Source: a bacterium
GTDB taxonomy: Bacteria > UBA8248
Length of the DNA: 64,000 nucleotides
Assembly: GCA_965203325.1 (NCBI GenBank)
Contig: OZ241875.1
Span: 352,001 to 416,000, forward strand
Direction of reading: 5' to 3'
How positions within the stretch are numbered: the first letter of the stretch is position 1; each line of letters starts with the position of its first letter. Both the position numbers and the translations under genes were made by a program. Of this stretch, positions 9,809-19,487 are shown piece by piece. Below the pieces are notes generated by a model. That model was not told where the DNA came from, made no database searches, and saw only the letters and a program-made list of their open reading frames with translations.

Positions 9809-10804
9809 ATGAAAGCAATTACCGTTCAGGGAGACGCCGGAATCGAGGGACTGGTCTACGGCGAGGTTCCCACGCCGGAGCCGGGAGAAGGCGAAGTGCG
9901 GGTGAAACTCCTGGCCTCAGGGATCAACCACATCGACGTCTACCAGTGTACCCCCGCCATGGTGCAGCACGAAAAACCCCACACCATGGGGGCGGACGGC
10001 GCGGGCGTCGTGGATAAGGCGGGGCCGGGCGCGGCCTTGAAGCCGGGTGCTGAGGTGGTCGTCGACCCCAACCTGGGCGACCCCACCCAGCCGGATTACG
10101 GCCTCGTGGGCGCGCAAAGTGCGGGCACGCACGCGGAATTCATCGTCCTGCCGGAGCAGAATTTCTTTCCGAAACCGGAGAATCTGACGTTCGAAGAAGC
10201 GGCGGCGATTCCCTTAGCCCTTTGCACGGCCTACCGCCAGCTCATCAGCCGCGCGCGGCTTGCGGCGGGCGAGAGCGTCCTCATCCACGGGGTGGGCGGC
10301 GGCGTCATGCTCTATTGCCTGCAACTTGCAGTCCATGTGGACGCTTGCACCATCGTCACCTCATCGAGTGAAGAAAAACTCGAAACCGCAAAATCCCTGG
10401 GCGCCGACGTGTGCGTCAACTACAAGACGCAGGACGTGGCCAAAGCCGTGATGGAAGCCACCAATGGCCGGGGAGCCGACGTTGTGGTCGACAACGTGGG
10501 CGCGCCCACCTTCGCGCTGAGCGCGAAATGCGTCGCGCTGAACGGACGCATCACCATCGTGGGCGGAGCGGCGCACCACGTGATCCCCGAGGTGAACCTG
10601 CGCGACTTGTATTTCAAGCAGGTCGACATCCACACCTCCACCATGGCGACGCCGGAAGAATTTCATGCGGCGATGACCCTCGCCGCCGAGGGGAAGATAA
10701 AGGCCCACATCGATTCCACTTATCCGCTTTCGCGCTTCAGAGAGGCCATCGAACGCGTGGCGGAGGGCCGGCAATTCGGAAAAGTGGTGATAACGAGAGA
10801 ATAG
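9809..10804 (+). CDS. Medium-chain reductase, NADPH:quinone oxidoreductase-like (Zn ligands absent)
   Basis: SGINHID, GADGAGVV, VLIHGVGGGV, C-terminal GRQFGKVVI. Confidence 0.9.
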   Translation: MKAITVQGDAGIEGLVYGEVPTPEPGEGEVRVKLLASGINHIDVYQCTPAMVQHEKPHTMGADGAGVVDKAGPGAALKPGAEVVVDPNLGDPTQPDYGLVGAQSAGTHAEFIVLPEQNFFPKPENLTFEEAAAIPLALCTAYRQLISRARLAAGESVLIHGVGGGVMLYCLQLAVHVDACTIVTSSSEEKLETAKSLGADVCVNYKTQDVAKAVMEATNGRGADVVVDNVGAPTFALSAKCVALNGRITIVGGAAHHVIPEVNLRDLYFKQVDIHTSTMATPEEFHAAMTLAAEGKIKAHIDSTYPLSRFREAIERVAEGRQFGKVVITRE

Positions 10805-10872
10805 GAACGAGGCGACAGCGCGCGCCCTCCATAACCGCGCGAATAATTCATCTTTGGAGAAAGTATTAAAAA

Positions 10873-12021
10873 ATGAAAAGACGTCTCGCCAAAACCGTCG
10901 CCGCGACCGCAGGTGGAGAGCGCGCCAATCACATGACGGCCAAGAAACCGGCGGGCCTGGTGCCGCTCGATTCGGGAACGCCCAACTTCCCCACGCCGGA
11001 GCACATCACGAACGCCGCAAAGGAAGCGCTTGACCAGGGCTTGACGGGCTACGCTCCCGGACAGGGTGATCCTGAATTTCTGGAAGCCGTGTGCGAGCAC
11101 GTCGAGCGCGAGGCGGGCGCGAACTACACGCCGGGTTCGGTCATCGCGACGAACGGGGCGAGTTCGGGCATTTATGCCGTCATGACGACGTTCCTAAACC
11201 CGGGCGATGAGGCCATCCTGATGGACCCCACGTTTTCGCTCTACGCCCACGTCGCGCTGCAACTCGGAGCCGTCCCCGTCTCCGTGCCGCACGACGCGGA
11301 CTACCAAATCGACGTAGAAGCTGTGCGCCGCGCCGTCACACCGCGCACCCGCCTCATCCTCGTCAACAACCCGAACAACCCCACGGGCGTGGTCTACCGC
11401 CGCGAGGACCTGGCGGCTCTCGCCGAACTCGCCACGGAGCACGACCTCATGCTCGTATCGGATGAAGCCTATGCGAAAATCCTGCAACCAGGCTTCGAGC
11501 ACGTGCCCCTGCTCTCGTTCACCGAGCACCGCGATCACCTCATTCTGCTCGACACTTTCTCCAAGACCTATTCGATGACCGGCTGGCGGCTGGGCTTTAT
11601 GGTCGTACCCGAAGACCTGCCCCAGCCGATGTTCAGCGTTCACCGCTCCATCAACGGGCCGATCAACACCTTCGTCCAGCGCGCGGGCGCAGTGGCGCTC
11701 AGAAGCTCGCAGGAGTGCGTGGAGGAGTTCGGGCGCGAATACCACAAGCGGGGCCGCCTCATGAACGAGATGACGCGCGACATTCCAGGTCTCATGCCCA
11801 TCGAGCCCCAGGGCGGTTTCTACCAATACTGCCGGTATGAATACCCCATCCCTTCGAGCGAGGTTCGAAAGCGCGTCTGGGAGGCCGGGGCGGCCATCCG
11901 CAGCGGGTCGGAATTCGGCGCTTCGGGCGAAAATCACCTGCGCTTCACCTATTCGGTAGATGAAGAAGTCATCGAAAAGGGCATGAAGATTGTGCGCGAG
12001 GTGTTTCGCCACCTAGGCTGA
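10873..12021 (+). CDS. PLP aminotransferase class I/II (AspAT-like)
   Basis: NNPNNPTG, SDEAY, TFSKTYSMTGWRLG. Confidence 0.93.
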   Translation: MKRRLAKTVAATAGGERANHMTAKKPAGLVPLDSGTPNFPTPEHITNAAKEALDQGLTGYAPGQGDPEFLEAVCEHVEREAGANYTPGSVIATNGASSGIYAVMTTFLNPGDEAILMDPTFSLYAHVALQLGAVPVSVPHDADYQIDVEAVRRAVTPRTRLILVNNPNNPTGVVYRREDLAALAELATEHDLMLVSDEAYAKILQPGFEHVPLLSFTEHRDHLILLDTFSKTYSMTGWRLGFMVVPEDLPQPMFSVHRSINGPINTFVQRAGAVALRSSQECVEEFGREYHKRGRLMNEMTRDIPGLMPIEPQGGFYQYCRYEYPIPSSEVRKRVWEAGAAIRSGSEFGASGENHLRFTYSVDEEVIEKGMKIVREVFRHLG

Positions 12022-12078
12022 GACTCTTGATTCGCCAATCATGAACCGCCCTTCCCCCGGCGGCTCCTCACAGCCTCA

Positions 12079-13017
12079 TCAATAGACGGGCAGGATGTCC
12101 TTCTCGTAGGTCTCATCCACGCCCCGGGCGGCGGCGTAGAAGATTTCCTGCAGCCTGCGCGTGATTTCGCCCGGCTTCCCGTCCCCCACCTCGATGCGGT
12201 CGAGCGAGAGCACGGGCGCGACCTCGGCGGCGGAGCCGCATATCATCGCCTCATCGGCCACATAGATCTCCGTGCGATCCATGGGCCGCTCGACAGGTTC
12301 GGGGCCGATGTGCCTGCCGAACATCTCGAGCACGCTATCGCGCGTGATGCTCTCGAGAATCGAAGCCGTCACCGGCGGCGTGATGAGCTTTCCTTCACGG
12401 ACGATCATGATGCACGTGCCCGTGCCCTCGGCCACCGTGCCGTTCTGGTTCAGTAGAAGCGCGTCGTCATACCCGTTGATACGCGCCTCGACGCCCGCGA
12501 GCCTGCCGTTCTGGTAATTCGCCGAAGCCTTGACGCGCGGCGGCACGGTATCGTCCGAGATGCGCCGCCAACTGCTCACGCACAGGTTCACGCCCCCCTC
12601 CTGTCGCTTGCGGTTGCTGTTCGGCCCCCCGCTGATGAAGACGCAGGTATCCACCTCGTCCGCCGCGTAGCCCTTCATGTCCAGGGGTCCCGAATCATCG
12701 AAATACACGTTGAGGCGAAAGTGGAGGTCTTCCTTGAACTCGTTCGCCCGTATCCATTCAATCACGGCGTCCTTGAATTCTTCCGCCGTATAGGGCGGCG
12801 TCATCCGCATCACCCGCATCGAATCGAACAGCCGCCGGATGTGCGGGTCCATTTTCCAGAGGAACAGGTTGTTTCGCTCCTCGCTCCAATAGGCGCGAAT
12901 CCCCTCGTACACGCTCGAGCCTCTCAAGACCGCCTGGCTGAAAACGCTGATCTTGGCTTCCTCGGGCGGAACCACCTCTCCGTTGAGCCATACCTTGGCA
13001 TGATCGTAGCTGGGCAC
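12079..13017 (-). CDS. Branched-chain amino acid aminotransferase-like (PLP fold IV)
   Basis: VWLNGE, VYEGIRAY, VKASANY, AEGTG, ILESITR, GKPGEITRRLQ. Confidence 0.92.
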   Translation of the reverse strand: MPSYDHAKVWLNGEVVPPEEAKISVFSQAVLRGSSVYEGIRAYWSEERNNLFLWKMDPHIRRLFDSMRVMRMTPPYTAEEFKDAVIEWIRANEFKEDLHFRLNVYFDDSGPLDMKGYAADEVDTCVFISGGPNSNRKRQEGGVNLCVSSWRRISDDTVPPRVKASANYQNGRLAGVEARINGYDDALLLNQNGTVAEGTGTCIMIVREGKLITPPVTASILESITRDSVLEMFGRHIGPEPVERPMDRTEIYVADEAMICGSAAEVAPVLSLDRIEVGDGKPGEITRRLQEIFYAAARGVDETYEKDILPVY

Positions 13018-13186
13018 GTGAACCTCCCATGTGGAAGTAGAATTGAGCCGTCAACACCGGAAACACGGCATCATGGACAATTTGATAGCGAGTTGACAAG
13101 GGGGGTCCCCGCCTTGACGCTCGGGCGCGCTTGGGCGTAGCGTTGTCCCGGACAAATTTCAGAATCCCTCCCTTCTGGAGATTTTC

Positions 13187-14557
13187 ATGCAGCAGCCCAC
13201 GGATACCCCGAAACTGGCGGACGCCTACGCCGAATCCCTGCCCGCCTCGCGCGCGCTATACGATCGGGCGCAAGAGGTTTTCCCCGACGGGGTGACGCAC
13301 GACAACCGCAGGATGCAACCGTTTCCCATCTACGTCGAGCGCGCCGAGGGCGCATATAAGTGGGACGTGGACGGCAACCGCTACATCGACTACTGGATGG
13401 GCCACGGCGCGCTCCTGTTCGGACACAACCCGCCCCACATCCGGGATGCCGTGAGCGAGGCCGTTCTCAAAGGCTCGCACTACGGCGCGAGCCACAGGCC
13501 GGAGGTGGAATGGGGTGAGTGGGTGCAGCGTCTCGTGCCGTGCGCCGAGCGGGTGCGATTCACGGCTTCGGGCACCGAGGCGACGCACATGGCGCTTCGG
13601 CTCGCGCGCGCCTTCACGGGCAGAAAGCGCATCGTGAAATTCGCGGGCCATTTCCACGGCTGGCACGAGGGGCTTGAGATCGGCGTGCGCGCCCCCTACA
13701 CGAACGAACCCGAAGCGGGCCAACTGGAAGTAGTAACCGACCTCGTGGCCGTATGTCCGCCGGGTGATCTGGAAGCCGTCCGGGAGGCGCTCGCATCACG
13801 GGAGGTCGCCGCGCTCATCCTGGAGCCGACGGGCGGGCACTTCGGCACCATCCCGATGAAACAGGATTTCGTGGCCGCGCTCAGGGAGGAAACACAAAAA
13901 GCGGGAACCCTGCTCGTTTTCGATGAGGTGGTGACCGGCTTTCGCGTATCGCCGGGCGGCGCGCAGGCGCACTTCGGCGTAACGCCCGATCTCACCAGCC
14001 TCGCCAAGATACTCGCGGGCGGCCTGCCGGGAGGAGCCGTCGCAGGCCGGGCGGACGTGCTCGAATATCTCGCCACCAAGCCGGACCCCGAGATGAACAG
14101 GCACACCAAAATCGCCCACCACGGCACCTTCAATGCGAACCCCATCTCCGCCGCCGCTGGCGTCGCCATGCTCTCATCTTTGGCCGATGGCCGGGCGACC
14201 GAGCAGGTGAACGCGCAGGCGCAAAAGCTGAGATACGGAATGAACGAGATACTCGCGCAGGAGGCGGTGGCCTGGCGGGTGTACGGCGAATACAGCGACT
14301 GGAAGATTCTCTTCGACGCCGACGCCCCGCCGCGTGACGGGGCGGATCAGGACGTGAGCGGGATCGACTGGCGGCGCCTCGATTCCAAGAACGCGCAGAA
14401 AAGCCGCGCGCTCAGACAAGCGCTCATCTTGCACGGGGTGGATTTCAACGGCGCGCGCGCCCTCGTGGGAACCTGCCATACGGACGACGTGATCGAGGAA
14501 ACACTCGCCGCCTTCCGCGCCGGCGTCCAGACCATGAAGGAAGAAGGAGTCGCCTAG
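13187..14557 (+). CDS. Class III aminotransferase, glutamate-1-semialdehyde aminomutase-like
   Basis: WDVDGNRYIDY, SGTEAT, FHGWH, FDEVVTGFR, LAKILAGGLP, GTFNANP. Confidence 0.9.
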   Translation: MQQPTDTPKLADAYAESLPASRALYDRAQEVFPDGVTHDNRRMQPFPIYVERAEGAYKWDVDGNRYIDYWMGHGALLFGHNPPHIRDAVSEAVLKGSHYGASHRPEVEWGEWVQRLVPCAERVRFTASGTEATHMALRLARAFTGRKRIVKFAGHFHGWHEGLEIGVRAPYTNEPEAGQLEVVTDLVAVCPPGDLEAVREALASREVAALILEPTGGHFGTIPMKQDFVAALREETQKAGTLLVFDEVVTGFRVSPGGAQAHFGVTPDLTSLAKILAGGLPGGAVAGRADVLEYLATKPDPEMNRHTKIAHHGTFNANPISAAAGVAMLSSLADGRATEQVNAQAQKLRYGMNEILAQEAVAWRVYGEYSDWKILFDADAPPRDGADQDVSGIDWRRLDSKNAQKSRALRQALILHGVDFNGARALVGTCHTDDVIEETLAAFRAGVQTMKEEGVA

Positions 14558-14599
14558 CGTTTCCAAGCCCCCCAGAGATACCATAAAGGAGAGCCGCAC

Positions 14600-15850
14600 T
14601 TGCAAAGCGCGCTGAAAGGCCTTTTGAGCCTCGAATCCGGACGCATCGTGGACGACATGGAACACCCCTTCACCTGCCCTGAGACGGGCGGGAACCTGCA
14701 GGGCAGCTACGACGTCGAGTGGATAAAGGCGAACGTGGACCGGGACGAAATCGCCCGCAGACCCCGGGGCATCTGGCGCTGGCGGGAGCTTTTGCCCGTG
14801 CGCGATGAGAAGAACGTGGTATCGCTTGTGGAGGGCGATACCCCCCTCATCCACGCGGAGAGGCTCGGAGAAGCGCTCGGGTACGGAAATCTCTATATCC
14901 TGGATGAATCGAGAAACCCCACCGGCTCGTTCAAGGACAGGGGCGGTTCGGTCACCATCAGCAAATGCAGGGAAGTGGGCGTGGACCGCATCGTGCTGCC
15001 CTCATCGGGCAACGCGGCGGCCTGTTTCAGCGCCTATTGCGCGCGGGGCGGCATCGAGTTCATCGGCTTCGTGCGCGACGACAGCTCGGCCGTCCATTGC
15101 CTCCAGGTCGGCGCTTACGGGGCGTTCACGCTCATCATCGAGGGCGATCAGGGCACGGGCGGGCGTTTCGCCGAAGAAGTGTCCAAGGAACTCGGTTGCC
15201 TGCACGCCACCCTGCCCCGGAATCTCTACAGGATCGAGGGGAAAAAGACGGCCGCCTACGAGATCGCCGAAAAACTCGGCTGGCGCGCGCCCGACCGCGT
15301 CGTCTGCCCGACGGCGGGCGGCACGATGGCGCTCGCGATGGACCAGGGCTTCCGCGAACTGCTGGCTCTCGGCTGGATAGAGGAGATGCCGGCGATCGAC
15401 GTCGTGCAGGTAGACGGCTGCGCGCCCATCGTCAAAGCCCTTCACTCAGGCGGAAAAGTCGAACCCTGGGGTGAGGTGCGCACAAAATCCGCTGGCCTCA
15501 CGAGTCCCTCGCCCGGCGCGGGCGAGCGCGTGGCCGATGTCGTCAGGCGTTCGGAGGGCCATGGCGTGCTCGTGAACGATGCGATGAACCTGAAAGCGGA
15601 GTTTCTCATCGCCGGAAGTGAGGGGCTTTTCCTGCAACCCGCTTCGGCGGCGTCCGCCGCGAGCCTGATGGCGGGCGCCGAGCGGCCCGGAAGACCGGAA
15701 GCCGACGAGGTAATCGTCTGCATCGGCACGGGCACTGGCAAAAACGCGGCGGAGGTAGCGGGCGAGGTCCTCGGCAAGCCGGGGCGCATTCCGCCGGACA
15801 TCGACGCCTTCAAGCGGGCGCGCGCATCCTGGCGGGGGGACGGCGTCTGA
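14600..15850 (+). CDS. Threonine synthase-like PLP enzyme (fold II)
   Basis: GIWRWRELLP, EGDTPL, NPTGSFKDRG, SSGNAA, EGKKT, TGTG. TTG start after AAGGAG. Confidence 0.85.
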   Translation: MQSALKGLLSLESGRIVDDMEHPFTCPETGGNLQGSYDVEWIKANVDRDEIARRPRGIWRWRELLPVRDEKNVVSLVEGDTPLIHAERLGEALGYGNLYILDESRNPTGSFKDRGGSVTISKCREVGVDRIVLPSSGNAAACFSAYCARGGIEFIGFVRDDSSAVHCLQVGAYGAFTLIIEGDQGTGGRFAEEVSKELGCLHATLPRNLYRIEGKKTAAYEIAEKLGWRAPDRVVCPTAGGTMALAMDQGFRELLALGWIEEMPAIDVVQVDGCAPIVKALHSGGKVEPWGEVRTKSAGLTSPSPGAGERVADVVRRSEGHGVLVNDAMNLKAEFLIAGSEGLFLQPASAASAASLMAGAERPGRPEADEVIVCIGTGTGKNAAEVAGEVLGKPGRIPPDIDAFKRARASWRGDGV

Positions 15851-16050
15851 AGCATCTGAATGTATTCACGCAACTCCCGGGAATCCAGCACGCCACTCCC
15901 TGGCGCGCTTTCATCTCATAACAGCATTCTCCATACAGATAAAAAGCGAAAGAAAATACTCTTTTTTTCAATTTTTTATCATCTACTACTTCAGAATAAT
16001 CCATGTAACTGTCTATAGATAAACTCATTATACGGCTATCAAAAAACCTC

Positions 16051-16079
16051 TTGATTTTCGTATTATTTTCGTATACATT
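16051..16079 (+). promoter_or_regulatory. Sigma70-type promoter of the radical SAM gene with a direct repeat in the spacer
   Basis: TTGATT-17 nt-TACATT. ATTTTCGTAT is repeated at an 11-bp period across the spacer. Confidence 0.55.
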
Positions 16080-16115
16080 TTCTCCCTCACGCCAATTTAT
16101 ACAGGGAGAACGACC

Positions 16116-17360
16116 ATGGTGACGGAAAAAACCCTCCACAAACTGGCCATCCTCGGCGGCCAATCCTTCGACGACAGGGAGGGCCCGCCCGGCTTTCGGA
16201 AAAAGCCCAAATACCGCCGCAAGTTCCTGGCCTCGGACACACCGGCGATATTTCCCGTCCCCTTCAAGGGCGGGCGCATCATGCCGCTTCTCTCCACCAT
16301 GATGACCAACGCCTGCAGCTACGACTGCCACTATTGCCCCATGCGGGCCTCGCGCGACATGCCGCGCTACGCCTTCGGCCCCGAGGAATTGGCCGACACT
16401 TTCATGGCGTTAAAGAAAAGAAACCGCGCCGAGGGGCTTTTCCTCACCAGCGGGGTTCCGGGCAGCGGCGTCACAGGCGTGGACAAGATGATAGCGGCGG
16501 CCGAAATCCTGCGCTTCAAGCACCACTTCGGCGGCTATATTCACCTCAAAATGCTGCCGGGGGTGGAGGATTCCCAACTCGGCCGCGCCGCGCAGATAGC
16601 CACGAGGCTCTCCGTGAACCTGGAAGCCGCCACCCAGCAGGGCCTTCACGCCATGGCGCCCGAGAAAAGCCTGGTAACCGACCTGAAACCCGCCCTCGAA
16701 TACGCCGGAAAAATGGCGCGTGAGTCGTATTTCGAGAGAACGGGCCTTATCGCCGATGGCGTGACGACCCAGTTCATCGTCGGCGCAAGCGGGGAGAGCG
16801 ACATGGACGTCCTCGCTGCCTCACACTCCCTCCAGAAGAAGGGTCTTTTGCGCCACACCCATTTCAGCGCCTTCAAGCCCGTGGAGGATACGCCGATGGA
16901 CGGGGTGCCCTCTGTCTCCAAGACGCGCGAGCACAGGCTCTATCAGGCGGAGCACCTCCTGCGCGAATATGAGTTCGGGCTGGATGAGATTCCCGCCGCA
17001 GACGGCAACCTCGCGCTCGACGAGGACCCCAAAACGACGTGGGCCAGGCGGAACCTCTCGCAGTTCCCGGTGGAGATCATGACCGCGGACCCCCGTACCC
17101 TCATGCGCGTGCCGGGTATCGGCCCCACCTGGGCGAAGCGCCTGGTGGAAGTGCGCAGAAAGGCGCACATCCGCGATTTCAGGGATTTGACGCGCCTCGG
17201 CCGCATCCGGAAATCGGCGGCGGGCTGGCTCGCGCTGCGCGGAAAACGCCTGGGGCCCGAACCCGTCCTCGCCACACAGATGAGCCTCGACCTCCGGCAC
17301 AGGGGCAAACGGCGCGTTCATCCCTCGATGAGCAACTTGCCGCCGTGCTCTTTTCGCTGA
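16116..17360 (+). CDS. Putative DNA modification/repair radical SAM protein with HhH motif (TIGR03916-like)
   Basis: TNACSYDCHYC (CxxxCxxC), EGLFLTSG, GYIHLK, REHRLYQA..LLREY, LMRVPGIG. Confidence 0.88.
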   Translation: MVTEKTLHKLAILGGQSFDDREGPPGFRKKPKYRRKFLASDTPAIFPVPFKGGRIMPLLSTMMTNACSYDCHYCPMRASRDMPRYAFGPEELADTFMALKKRNRAEGLFLTSGVPGSGVTGVDKMIAAAEILRFKHHFGGYIHLKMLPGVEDSQLGRAAQIATRLSVNLEAATQQGLHAMAPEKSLVTDLKPALEYAGKMARESYFERTGLIADGVTTQFIVGASGESDMDVLAASHSLQKKGLLRHTHFSAFKPVEDTPMDGVPSVSKTREHRLYQAEHLLREYEFGLDEIPAADGNLALDEDPKTTWARRNLSQFPVEIMTADPRTLMRVPGIGPTWAKRLVEVRRKAHIRDFRDLTRLGRIRKSAAGWLALRGKRLGPEPVLATQMSLDLRHRGKRRVHPSMSNLPPCSFR

Positions 17361-17400
17361 TGAGGCTGCCGAAACAAGCGTATGGGTTATGCGCCCCCGC

Positions 17401-17429
17401 TTGACGGGGAAAAGCGATGGGACTACCCT
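17401..17429 (+). promoter_or_regulatory. Putative sigma70 promoter for tRNA-Glu
   Basis: TTGACG-17 nt-TACCCT. Confidence 0.45.
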
Positions 17430-17482
17430 TCCCGTCTCTCGCCATCGCACCTGTTGGCGCGATACGAGCGACGCCGCTTCAT

Positions 17483-17557
17483 GGCCCCTTCGTCTAGCGG
17501 TCAGGACACCGGCCTCTCACGCCGGTAACAGGGGTTCGAGTCCCCTAGGGGTCACCA
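17483..17557 (+). tRNA. tRNA-Glu (anticodon CTC)
   Basis: Acceptor stem GGCCCCT/AGGGGTC, anticodon arm CCGGC-CT-CTC-AC-GCCGG, T-loop GTTCGAG, encoded CCA. Confidence 0.97.
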
Positions 17558-17595
17558 GTCGGACGAAACCCGCCAGAATGCAGGTCAACTGTCGC

Positions 17596-18240
17596 TCAAC
17601 CCCACCTGTTCACGTGCACGATCTCTTCGAGCGGACGCCGCTGGGCGGGCCGGAAATTCGTCCCCAGCGTCCAGGCCACAGGGATGAGCGCCGCCTGCAT
17701 GAAATCATCCGGCACGCCGAGAAGCTCCGCGGCTTCGGCCTCACAGCGCAGGTGCAGGGTGGTGAACACCGAACCCAGGCCGCGTGAGCGCAGCGCCAGT
17801 TGAAAACTCCACACCGCCGGGATGACGGACCCCATGAGGCCCGCCCACATGAACCGCGGCGGGTTTTCGGGCAGGAAATTCTGGATGCAGGGAATCACGT
17901 GCACGGGGGCGCGCTCGATGTTCTCGGCCAGATAGATAGCGGAATCGAACACCCGCTCGTCCTGCGCGGCGCCGCTCTCCCTCGCCTGCGCCAGACCTTC
18001 CGCGAGGTATTCATCCCCACCCTTACGGTAGAGCCGCCCGAGTTCGCGTCTCAAACCCTCATCCGTCACCACGAGCCAGCGCCAGCCCTGCCGGTTCGAG
18101 CCCGTCGGGGCCTGCAGGCCGAGTTCGAGGCAATCCATCACGACCTCCGTCGGCACATCGCGCTCGAAATCGAGCCGCTTGCGCACCGAGCGCGTCGTGG
18201 AGAGGAGTTTGTCGGTCATTTCCAGGTCAAAGTCGGCCAT
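17596..18240 (-). CDS. Nitroreductase family protein
   Basis: TTRSVRKRLD, APTGSNRQGWRW, LALRSRGLGS. Confidence 0.92.
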   Translation of the reverse strand: MADFDLEMTDKLLSTTRSVRKRLDFERDVPTEVVMDCLELGLQAPTGSNRQGWRWLVVTDEGLRRELGRLYRKGGDEYLAEGLAQARESGAAQDERVFDSAIYLAENIERAPVHVIPCIQNFLPENPPRFMWAGLMGSVIPAVWSFQLALRSRGLGSVFTTLHLRCEAEAAELLGVPDDFMQAALIPVAWTLGTNFRPAQRRPLEEIVHVNRWG

Positions 18241-18403
18241 GTGGCACTCCTTTCAGTTTCGTGTACAAGTACATTTCACGCGAGATGTGCGCCATGTTAT
18301 CAGAACGGCTTCCCGCTCGTAACGCGTCGTGCCCTCAGGTTCCCAACCGGGTAGGGTTCTTCTATAATCCCCCGAAATCCTGAACCCCATGAAGAGGAAA
18401 ACC

Positions 18404-19087
18404 ATGACGAACCAGGCAAGCGAGACGAGCAAAATCCGGCTGCTGAACCCCGATGAGGCGGCGGGCGATACGGCCCGTTTTTTCGAGGCGACGCGCGAGT
18501 TTCTGGGCCGCATCCCCAATTCCGCGCTCGCGCTGGCGAACACCCCCTACATCGCGCGCTTCTACCTCCCCTTCAACGCCACGCTCCAGCGCGAGGGCAT
18601 GGGCGGGCTTTTGACGTGCAAGATCAAGGAGATCGTCGTTCTCAAGACGAGCTTCGTCAACGCTTGCGCCTACTGAATCGCGCACAACACCGCGCTTGGT
18701 CAAGCGACGGGAATCACGGATGCGCAGATCGAGGCCATCACCTCGGACGACTACATGACATCCCCGGTTTTAAGTCCCCGTGAGCGCGCCGCCTGCCTGT
18801 GGGCGGAGCATTTTACGAGAAACACCGCGCGAGAGAACCCGGGCGTGCTCGAGGAAGTGAAGCGGCATTTCACCGACGGCGAGATTGTCGAGATGTCCCT
18901 CATGAGCGGCAAGCAGGGGATGATGAACCGCTTCATGGACTCGTTCGCCATCCCCATCGAGGAGGAGGGCGAGGTGAACAAGATCAGGAAATCCGTGCGC
19001 GGGAACCCCGAGAAGATGAAGGCCTATCTGCAATCGCTCATCGACAACTGGCCCGAGGAGTTCCCCGAACCCAACCCGGATGACTAG
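18404..19087 (+). CDS. AhpD/carboxymuconolactone decarboxylase-family selenoprotein (UGA at 18674-18676 = Sec, CxxU)
   Basis: ORFs 18389-18676 and 18755-19087 share a frame and are separated only by the TGA. Read-through gives TSFVNACAY-U-IAHNTALGQ...LSPRERAA, an AhpD CxxC-like motif. GAGGA RBS before ATG 18404, TATAAT at 18363. Confidence 0.88.
18690..18710 (+). promoter_or_regulatory. Bacterial SECIS-like hairpin
   Basis: CCG-CGCTT-[GGTC]-AAGCG-A-CGG. The apical loop starts with GG, 21 nt after the UGA. Confidence 0.7.
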
Positions 19088-19140
19088 GGACGCTCCCGAG
19101 AGGAAATGCGGGCAAATGCGGGGTCCGGAAAACTCTTTTT

Positions 19141-19271
19141 AATTCGATAAATTTCGATAATTTTATAATGCATTACTTTAATATATTCCAGCAAATTGCT
19201 AATTCATAATATAATATACCGTTAGTTTGACCCATGAACCTTTTCAGGAATTTATCGATATTTATCGAATT
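19141..19271. repeat. AT-rich islet bounded by 20-bp inverted repeats, each made of two 10-bp units
   Basis: AATTCGATAAATTTCGATAA (19141-19160) versus TTATCGATATTTATCGAATT (19252-19271); 19/20 match. Confidence 0.7.
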
Positions 19272-19487
19272 GTTCATCAATTCGAATTTCAGGGTTCCCG
19301 TCCTGGTTCGGGGCAATTTCATCGCTTGAACGTCCTCTTTCGTCTCGAACCGGCTGCGGCGGCCCGACGACGCCACCGGGTCTGCCCGCATGAACGGGCG
19401 GCCGGAGCATAACGCGGAAGCGGCGGGGAGAAGGTCCGGCAAATGCGGGGAAATGCGCGACCAACCCTCCCTGCCCCGTCAGCCCGA

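Noticed and set aside
14600..15850. Specific call as cysteate synthase or true ThrC
   Set aside because: Specificity cannot be resolved from motifs by eye.
15810..16110. Minus-strand small ORF in the AT-rich spacer before the radical SAM gene
   Set aside because: No RBS or recognisable motif; the region is better explained as a promoter.
17483..17600. tRNA-Glu as an island or prophage integration site
   Set aside because: I saw no duplicate of the tRNA 3' end and no integrase nearby. The only tyrosine recombinase is housekeeping xerC.
19198..19228. dif-like site (CATAA-TATAAT-ATACCGTTAG)
   Set aside because: The XerD arm matches TTATGTTAAAT poorly and the similarity is explained by AT richness.
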